Shown one piece after another: positions 55,491-64,000 of a stretch of 64,000 bases of DNA. The notes under the pieces were generated by a model. That model had not been told where the DNA came from and searched no databases. It worked only from the letters and a program-made list of their open reading frames with translations. Both the position numbers and the translations under genes were made by a program. The DNA is taken from positions 864,001-928,000 of the forward strand of contig CAWGJT010000010.1 in the NCBI GenBank assembly GCA_963822965.1, read 5' to 3'. Position 1 is the first letter of the stretch. Every line of letters begins with the position of its first letter. This stretch comes from an uncultured delta proteobacterium. GTDB lineage: Bacteria > Myxococcota_A > UBA9160 > UBA4427.

Positions 55491-56192
55491 CTACAGCTTG
55501 GTGCTCGCGCCGAAGCTGCCCCTCATGTGCTCGCTCCACGCGCTCAGCAGCGGCGCCGCGTCGGGCAGTCCGAGCGAGCGCAGCTCGTCGGCGATCGGGT
55601 GGTCGCCGAGCTCGAGCACCACGCCGGCGCCGCCGGGCACGGTCTGCTCGCCGCGCCCACCGCGCGTGAAGACGTTCGTGTGCGGGATGCCCTGGATCAG
55701 CGTGTACCCCACGGCCTGCGCGTCGGGCGTCTCGCGGTCGCCGCCCCGCGGCACCGTAAGCGTGAGCACGTGTCGGCCGCCCATCGTGAGCCTGCACGTG
55801 GCGCTGTCGTCCGCGTACGCGAAGTCGATCTCCTCGACGCTCTTCGGGAAGCCCCAGATCCGGCAGCCCGCCTCGCACGTGAAGCTCTGGTCGACGGGCA
55901 GCTTGTAGATATAGGAGCCCACCTCGGCCTCGGGCCGGCCCGCGGGCTTCACGAAGAAGATGATGCCGACCTCGTGGTAGTCGCCGAGGTCATTGTCGCG
56001 GTAGTCGACGATGACCAGGGTGAGCTGGGTCTGCCCCGGCGCCGCCTCGACGGCCTCGAAGGCGGGCGGGATCAGCTTCTGCGCCGCCGCCCGATCGACC
56101 ATGTACATCACGCTGCCCGACGACGCGTCGCGGACCACCGCCGGTAGCTCGACGACGCGCCCCTGGATCTCGTACCGCTCGCTTCCTGCCAT
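55491..56192 (-). CDS. Acetoacetate decarboxylase family protein
   Basis: VDYRDNDLGDYHEVG, LPVDQSFTCEAG..IWGFPK; GGAGG RBS. Confidence 0.88.
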   Translation of the reverse strand: MAGSERYEIQGRVVELPAVVRDASSGSVMYMVDRAAAQKLIPPAFEAVEAAPGQTQLTLVIVDYRDNDLGDYHEVGIIFFVKPAGRPEAEVGSYIYKLPVDQSFTCEAGCRIWGFPKSVEEIDFAYADDSATCRLTMGGRHVLTLTVPRGGDRETPDAQAVGYTLIQGIPHTNVFTRGGRGEQTVPGGAGVVLELGDHPIADELRSLGLPDAAPLLSAWSEHMRGSFGASTKL

Positions 56193-56250
56193 GGCCTGGC
56201 CTCCTTGTGGTTTGCCTGGGTCCCACTCGCATCCCGAGTCCGCACCTCGG

Positions 56251-57438
56251 TCAAGCGACGATTCCGGTCTCCCTGAGCTCCGCGATGCGACTCGCGAGAC
56301 CGAGCTCCGCGAGGATCGCGTCGGTGTCCTGGCCCAGGCCGGGTGCCGGCGCGCCGCTTCTCGCGGGCGTCTTCGCAAAACGAGCGGCTGGCCGCGGCTG
56401 CCGCATCCGGCCAGCCAGGGGGTGCTCCAGGTCCTCGAGCAGGCCGAGCGCGCGGACGTGGCGATCGTCGTGCAGCTGCGCCGGGGACAGCACCGCGCCG
56501 CAGGGTGCGTTCTCCGCCTCCATGGCCGCGATGGCCTCCGCCGTCGTCATGTTGCCGACGGCCGCCACCACGCGCCGCAGCAGCTCGGTGAACGCAGCCG
56601 GATTGGTACGGCGAGCGACGATCGTCGCCACCTCCGGTGCGTCATAGCCGTCGACTCCCACCGCCCTACAGATGCCCGCAACGTCCGCGTCGGAAACGGG
56701 CGCCGCAATCACGTGGCCATCCTTCGTCGGCCAGAGCTTCTGGTCGCGGGAGAAGCTCGAAGGCGTCGAGCCATCGGATTCGAGCAGGACCTCGTTACCC
56801 GCCGCGTCTGCCCACACGAAATTCACGACGGCCTCCAGCATCGATATGTGGAGATGCTGCCCACCCGCTCCCCGCTCCCTCGCAAACAGCGCCGCCGAGA
56901 TCGCCTGTGCAGCGTTGAGCGCCGTGACCTTGTCCGCTGCCGTGTGCCGGATGAGCTGGGGCTCCCGATCGACCCCCCCGGCCTGCGCAAAGGCCAGGCC
57001 TCCGTACGCCTGCACGACCGGATCGTAGGCGCTCTTCCGCGCATAGGGGCCCTCGGGGCCGAATCCGCTGATCGAGCAGTAGACCAGCTCCGGGTTCGCG
57101 CCGCCGAGCACGTCGTACGACAGGCCGAGCTTCTCGATCACACCCGGTCGGAAGTTCTGGACGAAGACGTCGGCGTCCGCCACGAGCCGCTTGACGATCT
57201 CCTTGCCCTCGTCGCTGCGCAGGTTCACGGCGATCGAACGCTTGCCGCGATTCACCATCGCGGCCATCGCCGAGATGCCTCCGACGCGCACGCCCACCCA
57301 GCGCCCGATGTCGCCGAGGCCCGGCGGCTCCACCTTGATCACCGAGGCCCCCTGGTCCGCCAGCATCGTGACGGCCCACGGACCCGCCAGCGCGATCGAG
57401 AGATCGACGATCTTCACTCCATCCATCGGGCCGGGCAT
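56251..57438 (-). CDS. CaiB/BaiF family III CoA transferase
   Basis: GVKIVDLS...AGP, NRGKRS, NFRPG, SISGFG, AYD. Confidence 0.93.
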   Translation of the reverse strand: MPGPMDGVKIVDLSIALAGPWAVTMLADQGASVIKVEPPGLGDIGRWVGVRVGGISAMAAMVNRGKRSIAVNLRSDEGKEIVKRLVADADVFVQNFRPGVIEKLGLSYDVLGGANPELVYCSISGFGPEGPYARKSAYDPVVQAYGGLAFAQAGGVDREPQLIRHTAADKVTALNAAQAISAALFARERGAGGQHLHISMLEAVVNFVWADAAGNEVLLESDGSTPSSFSRDQKLWPTKDGHVIAAPVSDADVAGICRAVGVDGYDAPEVATIVARRTNPAAFTELLRRVVAAVGNMTTAEAIAAMEAENAPCGAVLSPAQLHDDRHVRALGLLEDLEHPLAGRMRQPRPAARFAKTPARSGAPAPGLGQDTDAILAELGLASRIAELRETGIVA

Positions 57439-57478
57439 GGTCTCGAGCTCCTCATCTCGCCCACCGAGAGCGGGCGGA

Positions 57479-58123
57479 TCACTCCTCGTCGCGGGCTCCC
57501 GCCATGGCCAGGCCCGCAGCCGCTTCGATCACGCGAACCTGGCGTGCAACGCTCTCGGGTGAGAGCATGTCGCGATCGAAGAGCCGGGAGAGCAGGGGCG
57601 CGAGGGCGACATGACTGAACGAGAGGTGCACGAAGAGAGCCGCGATGAAGGGCTCCATGTCCGGCGCGACTTGCCCTCCGGCCTGGATCTCATCGCACAC
57701 CCGGTCGAAGAGAGGCTCGAACAGGGCCTCCGTCAACCCCTCGGCCAGCGGACCGTTGGCCACGATCTCGCGATACACCAGCCGGGTCGTGCCCTCGTGA
57801 TTCGCCAGGCGCGAGAGGACGTCGTGGATCGTGGCCGCCGCCGCTCCGGGCTTGTCGCGCTCGTCCGCGAAGCGGTCCATCAGCTCGATCAGGGGCTCGA
57901 TCGCGCGTTGCAGGACGGCCGCGTAGAGCGCCTCCTTGCTCGCGAAGTAGCTGTAGGTGGTGGCGACGTTGGTCCCGGAGAGCGCGGCGATCTCGCGGGT
58001 CGTCGCGGCGTCGAATCCGTGCTCCGAGAACACGGCCTCGGCCGCGTCGAGGATCCGGTCGCGCGTGGCGACGGCCCTCGGTGTGAGCCACGAGTGTTCC
58101 TGCGACCGAAGCCCGGGCCCCAT
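57479..58123 (-). CDS. TetR/AcrR family regulator
   Basis: TRDRILDAA..FSEHGF..TTREIA...YFASKEAL. Confidence 0.92.
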   Translation of the reverse strand: MGPGLRSQEHSWLTPRAVATRDRILDAAEAVFSEHGFDAATTREIAALSGTNVATTYSYFASKEALYAAVLQRAIEPLIELMDRFADERDKPGAAAATIHDVLSRLANHEGTTRLVYREIVANGPLAEGLTEALFEPLFDRVCDEIQAGGQVAPDMEPFIAALFVHLSFSHVALAPLLSRLFDRDMLSPESVARQVRVIEAAAGLAMAGARDEE

Positions 58124-58124
58124 C

Positions 58125-58943
58125 TCAGTCCTTGAACTCGGGCGGACGCTTCTCCTTGCGAGCGCGAACCGCCTCCTCGAAGTTCTTCGTCGTCATGCGC
58201 ACGAAGAGCTGGGTGTGGCTCTCCAGCTCGATCGCGGCGCGGAGACTCGACGTCTCGAGCCCCGCCCACATCATCCGCTTGGTGAGCGCGACGCCCTGCG
58301 CGCTCCAGCCGTTGATCTGCTTGGCGAGCGCGAGCGCCTCGGACATGAGCTCGTCGTCCGGAACGACCTTCGAGACGAGCCCGATCTCGGCCGCCTCCCT
58401 GGCGCCGACGTCGCGCCCCGAGAGCATGATCTCGAACGCCCGCGAGGAGCCGATGGCCCGTGGCAACAGGAAGCTCAGCCCGAGCTCCGTGGCGGTGAGC
58501 CCGTTGTTGATCCCGGCTGCCCGAAAGTAGGCCGATTCACTCGCGATACGGACGTCCGCGCCGAGCGTCAGACAGAGCCCGCCCCCGATCGCCGCTCCGT
58601 TGATCGCGCAGATGACCGGTTGCGGCATGCGCTGCATGGCCGGCACGAGATCGGCGAGGATCGTCATCGCGCGCGTCGCGATGCGCGTGAGCGTGAGTCC
58701 GGCGATGTTCGGCGGCGGTTCCGAGTGCTGGGTGTCCGCACCGGAGCAGAAGCCGCGTCCCGTGCCCGTGAGGATGACGCAGGTCGTCTCGTTGTCGGCT
58801 GCAACCTGCTCGAAGGCTTCGTGCAGCGGAACCATCAGCTCGAAAGCCATCGAGTTCATCCGCTCGGGACGGTCGAGGACGATCACGCTGGTGCCGGGAT
58901 CGGGCTTCTCGATCCGGACGAGAGATGTCGGGGATTCACTCAC
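58125..58943 (-). CDS. Enoyl-CoA hydratase/isomerase family protein
   Basis: DRPERMNS, FCSGAD, PVICAINGAAIGGG; GTG start after AGGAG. Confidence 0.92.
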   Translation of the reverse strand: MSESPTSLVRIEKPDPGTSVIVLDRPERMNSMAFELMVPLHEAFEQVAADNETTCVILTGTGRGFCSGADTQHSEPPPNIAGLTLTRIATRAMTILADLVPAMQRMPQPVICAINGAAIGGGLCLTLGADVRIASESAYFRAAGINNGLTATELGLSFLLPRAIGSSRAFEIMLSGRDVGAREAAEIGLVSKVVPDDELMSEALALAKQINGWSAQGVALTKRMMWAGLETSSLRAAIELESHTQLFVRMTTKNFEEAVRARKEKRPPEFKD

Positions 58944-58963
58944 GTTCACAGCTCCTGGCGGCG

Positions 58964-60172
58964 TTACGCGGGGCGTAGGTCGACCCGCATCTCCTTGATG
59001 CCGTTGATGAGATTCGAGCGCAGCCGCCGCGCAGGGGCCAGCGGGACGATCTCCGCCGTGCGAGCGAGCAGCTCCTCCCACATCACGCGGAGCTCGAGCC
59101 GCGCGAGGCTCGCGCCGAGGCAGAAGTGCTCGCCGTAGCCGAAGCTCAAATGCTGGTTCGGCTCGCGGCGGATGTCGAAGCGGTTCGGATCCTCGAACAC
59201 CGACTCGTCGCGGTTCGCGGACGGATACCACATGAGGACCTTGTCGCCCTCTCGGATCTTCTTGCCGCGCATCTCCACGTCGCACATCGCCGTGCGCCGG
59301 AAGTGATGGATCGGCGGCCAGTAGCGCAGCATCTCCTCCACGGCACTCGGGATCAGCGAAGGGTCGCGACGCAGGGCTGCGAGCTGGTCGGGATGCTCGA
59401 GCAGGGTCACCAGGCCTCCGCTCATCGCGGTTCGGGTGGTCTCGTTGCCGGCGATGATCAGGAACATGAAGAAGGTGTTGAATTCCATGTCCGTGAGCTT
59501 GCGACCCTCGAGCTCGGCGGTGAGCAGGCGCTGGGTGAGGTTGTCGCCCGGGGTCTCGCGTTCGCGCGCCGCGAGCTCCTGCGCGGTCATGAACACCTCG
59601 ACCCGCGCGTTCGACCGGAAGTCGTCGGTCGGGGCCACTTCGGGATCCTGATCGTCGATCAGGGCGCTGCTCAGCTCGGCCAGCCGTTCGCGCTTCTCCT
59701 CGGGAACGCCCATCATCTCGCTGATGGTGTGCATCGGAACCAGCGCCGCATAGTCGGCGACGAAGTCGATCTCGCGCTTCTCCAGTGCCCGGTCGAGCGC
59801 CGCTCGGGCCAGGGAGCGGATCGGCGCCTCGAGCGCGGAGATCGCCCGCGGCGTGAAGATGGTGCTGACGAGGCCCCGCGTCATGCGGTGCTCCGGAGGA
59901 TCCTGCGCGATCACGACCATGCGATACCCCTCGAGCATGCCCGGATCCGACACGTCGAGCCGCGTGACGCCGGCCGCGTGGCTCGAGAAGCGCGCCGGGT
60001 CCTTGGAGACGTTGCGGATGTCCTCGTGGAACGTCAGCGCCCAGAATCCCTCACCGTCCGGCTCCGGGTGCCAGTGCACGGGATCGCTCCTGCGCAGCCG
60101 CTCGAAGACCTCGTAGGGAACGCCGCGTTCCCAGATGGATTGGTCGATCAGATCCACGCTGGAATCAGCCAC
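58964..60172 (-). CDS. Cytochrome P450 (CYP124/125-like)
   Basis: QDPPEH, AGNETT, EMLR, SANRDE, FGYGEHFCLG, SNLINGIK. Confidence 0.95.
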   Translation of the reverse strand: MADSSVDLIDQSIWERGVPYEVFERLRRSDPVHWHPEPDGEGFWALTFHEDIRNVSKDPARFSSHAAGVTRLDVSDPGMLEGYRMVVIAQDPPEHRMTRGLVSTIFTPRAISALEAPIRSLARAALDRALEKREIDFVADYAALVPMHTISEMMGVPEEKRERLAELSSALIDDQDPEVAPTDDFRSNARVEVFMTAQELAARERETPGDNLTQRLLTAELEGRKLTDMEFNTFFMFLIIAGNETTRTAMSGGLVTLLEHPDQLAALRRDPSLIPSAVEEMLRYWPPIHHFRRTAMCDVEMRGKKIREGDKVLMWYPSANRDESVFEDPNRFDIRREPNQHLSFGYGEHFCLGASLARLELRVMWEELLARTAEIVPLAPARRLRSNLINGIKEMRVDLRPA

Positions 60173-60248
60173 TGGGTCTCGCCTCTCTCCAGAATCCGGA
60201 ACGCTCTCGTCGCCCGCGTTGCCCCAGCCGCCACGTCGGCGACGCCTG

Positions 60249-60286
60249 ACTCTACGGGTGCGTCCGGACTTGATCAAGCGCTTGTT
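60249..60286 (-). promoter_or_regulatory. Promoter with TetR-type palindromic operator matching the KstR2 consensus
   Basis: Minus strand TTGATC-N17-TAGAGT; ATCAAGCGCTTGTT (60273-60286) fits AnCAAGnnCTTGnT and overlaps the -35. Confidence 0.65.
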
Positions 60287-60489
60287 TATCTCTCGAAGCC
60301 GCACTCTCCCACCCGCGGCCGCTTCCCGGGGGGACCCCTCTCGCCCCGACCCGGCGAGACCGGGCCAGAGCCGCAGGGCCGTTTCGCCCAGGCAGGACGC
60401 ACGAACCTCGTCCAGCAGGCCCGCGAAGGCCTCGGCTCCGGGCGCCCGACGAGCTTCTCGACGAATGGGGCGGCCGAGCCCTCGACCGC

Positions 60490-61533
60490 TCAGGCGAAGC
60501 CGAGCGTCGCCATGTCGACGACGTTGCGCAGTGGCTCGCCGGCCGTGTAGCGCCGGAGGTTGTCCTCGAAGAGGTCGAAGACGTCGTCGATGTACCGGTC
60601 GACGGAGACCGACGAGTGTGCCGAGACCCAGAGGTTGGGTGTGTCCCAGATGGGGCTGTCGGCGGGGAGGGGCTCGGTCTCGAAGACGTCGAGCGCGGCG
60701 GCGGTGAGATGGCCGGAGCCGAGCGCTTTGATCAGGGCCGCTTCGTCGACCAGCGATCCCCGTGCGACGTTCACCAGCACGGCCCCCTTCTTCGTCGCTG
60801 CGAGCGCTTCACCGTCGATCAGGTGACGGGTCTCGGGCGTGGCGGGGGCGGTCACGACCACGCCGTCGCAGAGCGCGAGCATGTCGTGGAGCCGATCCGG
60901 GCCGAAGAGCTCATCGACCTCCTCGCGGGCATCGCTCGAGACGCTCCGCTTCGTCGCGACGACGCAAACGCCCATCGCGCGTGCGCGACGCGCCACGGCC
61001 GTACCGATGTGGCCCAGGCCGACGATCCCGATCACCGAGCCGGCGAAGCTGCGCCCGTACGTGCGGACGTACTCGTGCCTGCGTTGAAGCGCCTCGGCCT
61101 CCGGGAACCGCTTCCAGATCTGGAGGAGCCTCCCGATCACGAACTCGGCCATGGAGCCCGCGCTCACGCCCGATGCGTTCGTGACGACGACGCGATCGCG
61201 GGTCACGCCGGCCGCCGCGAACTGGTCGACCCCCGCGCCGACGCCCTGCAGCCAGCGCAGGCGAGGCGCGAGGCTCATCAGGTCGTTCGGCGTGTGCAGC
61301 TGGATCAGCACCTCGGCGCGTGCAAGCGCGCTGCGGCGCTCTTCGGCGCATCCGACGGCCCACCGCGGCGGCTCTTCGTGGGGCTGGTCGGGCGGCACCG
61401 TCACCCAGTCGGTCTTCGGATCGACGGGAAGCCCCACCACCTCGATGCGGGGATCGATGGCGCGCACGCGCTCGACGTAGCGGTCCTCGAGCAGGGTCGG
61501 GTAGCCGAGGCACACCACGATCGCTTCGCTCAC
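60490..61533 (-). CDS. D-2-hydroxyacid dehydrogenase family protein
   Basis: GAGVD, TNASG, GLGHIG, NVARG, LDVFETEPLP, SAH. Confidence 0.93.
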   Translation of the reverse strand: MSEAIVVCLGYPTLLEDRYVERVRAIDPRIEVVGLPVDPKTDWVTVPPDQPHEEPPRWAVGCAEERRSALARAEVLIQLHTPNDLMSLAPRLRWLQGVGAGVDQFAAAGVTRDRVVVTNASGVSAGSMAEFVIGRLLQIWKRFPEAEALQRRHEYVRTYGRSFAGSVIGIVGLGHIGTAVARRARAMGVCVVATKRSVSSDAREEVDELFGPDRLHDMLALCDGVVVTAPATPETRHLIDGEALAATKKGAVLVNVARGSLVDEAALIKALGSGHLTAAALDVFETEPLPADSPIWDTPNLWVSAHSSVSVDRYIDDVFDLFEDNLRRYTAGEPLRNVVDMATLGFA

Positions 61534-62792
61534 GACTCGGTTCCTTCCATGTCGCGGGCCAACGTGCGCGAGACCAGCAGGTAGCACGCGCCGGCTGCCA
61601 GCAGGCAGACCGACTGGACCCAGACGAGCGACTGCCGGATGCCGGCATCGCCGTACTCGGCCTGGAATGCGTCGTTCATCAGGCCCACCACCCAGGGGCC
61701 CACGCCACCGCCGAGGATGCTCACCACGAAGAGGTGTACGGCCACGGCCATGGCACGCATCCGCGGGCGCGCGAGCCCCTGGTTCATCGCGTAGAGAGGG
61801 CCGATGTAGATGCCGGTGAGAAAGGTCATCGGCGCGAACCAGGCGAGCGCGACCCAGGCGCTGTCACTCGTGACGAACCCGATGGCGAAGGGCAGCGCAC
61901 CGAGCGCCGCGAATGCGGTGGTCCACGCGTACGCCCCACGATTCGCTCGTGCGAGGCGATCGGAGACGAGCCCTCCGGCGAGCGAGCCCGCGGCGCCGGA
62001 GAGCCCGGTCACCAGCCCCAGCGAGAGGCCCACCTCGGTGAGCGACATGCCGTGGACGCGAAGCAGGAACGTCGGCGCCCAGTGCGCGATGCAGTACGCG
62101 GCCGCGGCATGGAACGAGGCGGCCGCGAGCAGCATCACGTAGGCGGGCTTCGCGAACAGGTACCTCACGACCTCGCCGAGGGGATGGACCTCGACGCTCG
62201 TCGTGCGCTGCGGCTCATCGACCGTCCTGTACAGCAGCAACGCGATCAGCAGGCCGGGTATACCGACCACGATGAACGTGAGCCGCCAGCCGAGCTGCTC
62301 ACCGAGCCACCCGGCTGCGATGTAGCCGAACATGATCCCGACGTAGACGCCCATCGCGTAGATGGCCAGCGCCGTCGCCCGGCGTCGGGGCGGGAAGTAG
62401 TCGGAGATCATCGAGTGGGCGGTGGGGGTGCCGGCGGCTTCGCCGATCCCGACACCCATGCGCGCGAAGACGAGGAAGCCGAAGGAGCGCGCGAGCCCCG
62501 ATGCCGCAGTCAGCACGCTCCAGACCGTGAGGCCCAGCGTCAGGATCAGCCGGCGATCGCCGCGATCGGCCCAGCGTGCGAGCGGAATCCCGACCACCGA
62601 GTGCACGATCATGAAGGCGAACCCCGTCAGAGCGCCCATCCAGGCGTCCGAGACCGCGAACTCGTCCTTGATCGGCTGGAGGAGGACGGACACCAGCTGC
62701 CGGTCGACGTAGTTGAAGACCGAGACGAGGAAGAAGACCGCGAGGACGTACTGCGGGTATCGGGGGCCGCGGGCGGGTGCTCGTGCGTTCAT
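61530..62792 (-). CDS. MFS transporter (spinster-like)
   Basis: NYVDRQ, ARWADR, RMGVGIGEA, SMISDYFP. Confidence 0.92.
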   Translation of the reverse strand: MNARAPARGPRYPQYVLAVFFLVSVFNYVDRQLVSVLLQPIKDEFAVSDAWMGALTGFAFMIVHSVVGIPLARWADRGDRRLILTLGLTVWSVLTAASGLARSFGFLVFARMGVGIGEAAGTPTAHSMISDYFPPRRRATALAIYAMGVYVGIMFGYIAAGWLGEQLGWRLTFIVVGIPGLLIALLLYRTVDEPQRTTSVEVHPLGEVVRYLFAKPAYVMLLAAASFHAAAAYCIAHWAPTFLLRVHGMSLTEVGLSLGLVTGLSGAAGSLAGGLVSDRLARANRGAYAWTTAFAALGALPFAIGFVTSDSAWVALAWFAPMTFLTGIYIGPLYAMNQGLARPRMRAMAVAVHLFVVSILGGGVGPWVVGLMNDAFQAEYGDAGIRQSLVWVQSVCLLAAGACYLLVSRTLARDMEGTES

Positions 62793-62818
62793 CGGTTCCC
62801 GTGAGGTCGTGTTTTCTC

Positions 62819-62838
62819 TTGCGGGAAAGCTTTCGCAA
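62819..62838. promoter_or_regulatory. Palindrome between divergent MFS and MarR genes (candidate MarR operator)
   Basis: TTGC-GG-GAAAGCTTTC-GCAA. Confidence 0.45.
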
Positions 62839-62873
62839 AAGTATAAAGGGGAGGCACGGACCGGAGCAAGCAC

Positions 62874-63371
62874 ATGGGCTGGATCGACGACCTTTCGACG
62901 GCCTGGGAGCGCGAGTATCCCGAGCTGGACACAAAGACCTTCCCGCCGATGGTGCGGCTGGCACGACTCTCCGTGCTGATCGAGGGGTTCCAGCAGCAGG
63001 TGCTCGCGCCGTTCGGCCTCTCGTCCGGGGACTACGGGGTAATCGCGGCGCTGCGGCGGGCGGGGCCGCCCTATCGGCTCACGCCGAGCAAGCTCTACAG
63101 CCGGTTGCAGCGGTCGTCGGGCGGCATGACCAAGATCTTGAAGCGGCTGGAAGAGCGCCGGATCGTCGAGCGAGCACCCGATCCCCGCGACGGTCGCGGC
63201 TCCGTCGTCTCACTCACCGGCGCGGGCAGTGACCTGCACGAGCAGGTCTTTCGCGCATACCTCGATGCGACGCAGGATCTCCTCGGCCCGATGTCGGAGA
63301 CCGAGCTCAAGGATACGGACTGTGTCCTTATGAGGCTTCTCGAGCTCTTCGAGGGAGGTGCTACGCGATGA
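62874..63371 (+). CDS. MarR family regulator
   Basis: LRRAGPPYRLTPS, SSGGMT, DPRDGR...LT. Confidence 0.93.
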   Translation: MGWIDDLSTAWEREYPELDTKTFPPMVRLARLSVLIEGFQQQVLAPFGLSSGDYGVIAALRRAGPPYRLTPSKLYSRLQRSSGGMTKILKRLEERRIVERAPDPRDGRGSVVSLTGAGSDLHEQVFRAYLDATQDLLGPMSETELKDTDCVLMRLLELFEGGATR

Positions 63372-64000
63372 CCTGGGATCTCGTCGTACGGGGCGGCATC
63401 GTGGTCGACGGAACGGGTCTCTCGCGACGACGCGGCGACGTCGCCGTCAAGGACGGTCGCATCGCGGCGGTGGGACATGTGCCGGGCGTGAAGGACGCCG
63501 ATCGCACCATCGACGCCGGCGGCATGATCGTCGCCCCCGGCATCATCGACGCGCATACCCACTACGACCCCCAGCTTACGTTCGACCCCTGGGCGACGTC
63601 CTCCTGCTACCACGGTGTGACGACGGTGCTCGCAGGCAACTGTGGATTCTCGATCGCGCCGACCCGAGAAGCGGCGCGGCCGTACATCAAGGCGATGTTC
63701 GCGAAGGTCGAGGGCATGGAGCCCGTCGCCCTCGACGGCGTCAAGTGGGATTTCGAGTCGTTCCCCGAGTACCTCGCGGCGCGGGAGCGGAGCCTCGGCG
63801 TGAACATGGCGTGCTACGTCGGCCACTCGAGCATCCGCCGCTTCGTCATGGGCGCGGATGGCTCCGAGCGCAACGCGACCTCCGAAGAGGTCGCGGAGAT
63901 GCGCCGCATCGTGCGCGAGGCGATGGCCGCCGGTGCGGCGGGCTTCTCCTCGTCGTCGGTACCCACGCAACTCGACGGCGACGACCGGCCGATTCCGAGC
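63368..64000 (+). CDS. N-acyl-D-amino-acid deacylase family amidohydrolase (runs off the window)
   Basis: ATG overlaps the marR stop; MTWDLVVRGGIVVDGTG, PGIIDAHTHYD, HGVTTVLAGNCG. Not listed in the ORF track because it has no stop in the window. Confidence 0.9.
   Translation, partial: MTWDLVVRGGIVVDGTGLSRRRGDVAVKDGRIAAVGHVPGVKDADRTIDAGGMIVAPGIIDAHTHYDPQLTFDPWATSSCYHGVTTVLAGNCGFSIAPTREAARPYIKAMFAKVEGMEPVALDGVKWDFESFPEYLAARERSLGVNMACYVGHSSIRRFVMGADGSERNATSEEVAEMRRIVREAMAAGAAGFSSSSVPTQLDGDDRPIPS

Overview
High-GC bacterial DNA (45/60 G+C in bases 1-60), densely coding, with about 48 genes. The gene repertoire would fit a Myxococcota/deltaproteobacteria-like organism, but that is inference only. 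Bases 1-30.6 kb hold metabolic and envelope genes: a DUF2868/DUF3482 GTPase pair, TauD-family dioxygenase, PanE, a LemA-TPM operon, a 1102-aa surface protein, a putatively sigma54-driven PFOR operon, MltF and an MMPL/YCF48 pair. Bases 30.9-42.3 kb form a visibly lower-GC, patchy accessory region that carries the most interesting signals. (i) A TetR-led operon encodes a thymidylate-synthase-fold/DUF4346 protein lacking its catalytic residues, a pyrrolysine-free MtmB-family methyltransferase and a corrinoid protein with an altered B12 motif; this is a candidate undescribed cobalamin-dependent methyl-transfer system. (ii) A UxxC selenoprotein, split into two ORFs by the track, has a clear SECIS-like hairpin. 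(iii) An orphan structured non-coding element is partly repeated at 11.6 kb, resembles an IS110-type non-coding end and lies next to a tRNA 3'-end remnant. (iv) There are Hcp-like and sterol-methyltransferase-like gene relics. Bases 42.5-64 kb are a lipid/steroid-type catabolic cluster (three P450s, acyl-CoA synthetase, double-domain ACAD, three crotonases, an F420-type LLM enzyme) interrupted by an IS481-family element, with a KstR2-like operator. Several single-base frameshifts may be sequencing errors. No CRISPR array, rRNA or intact tRNA was seen. All family calls come from motif recognition by eye; no database searches were run.
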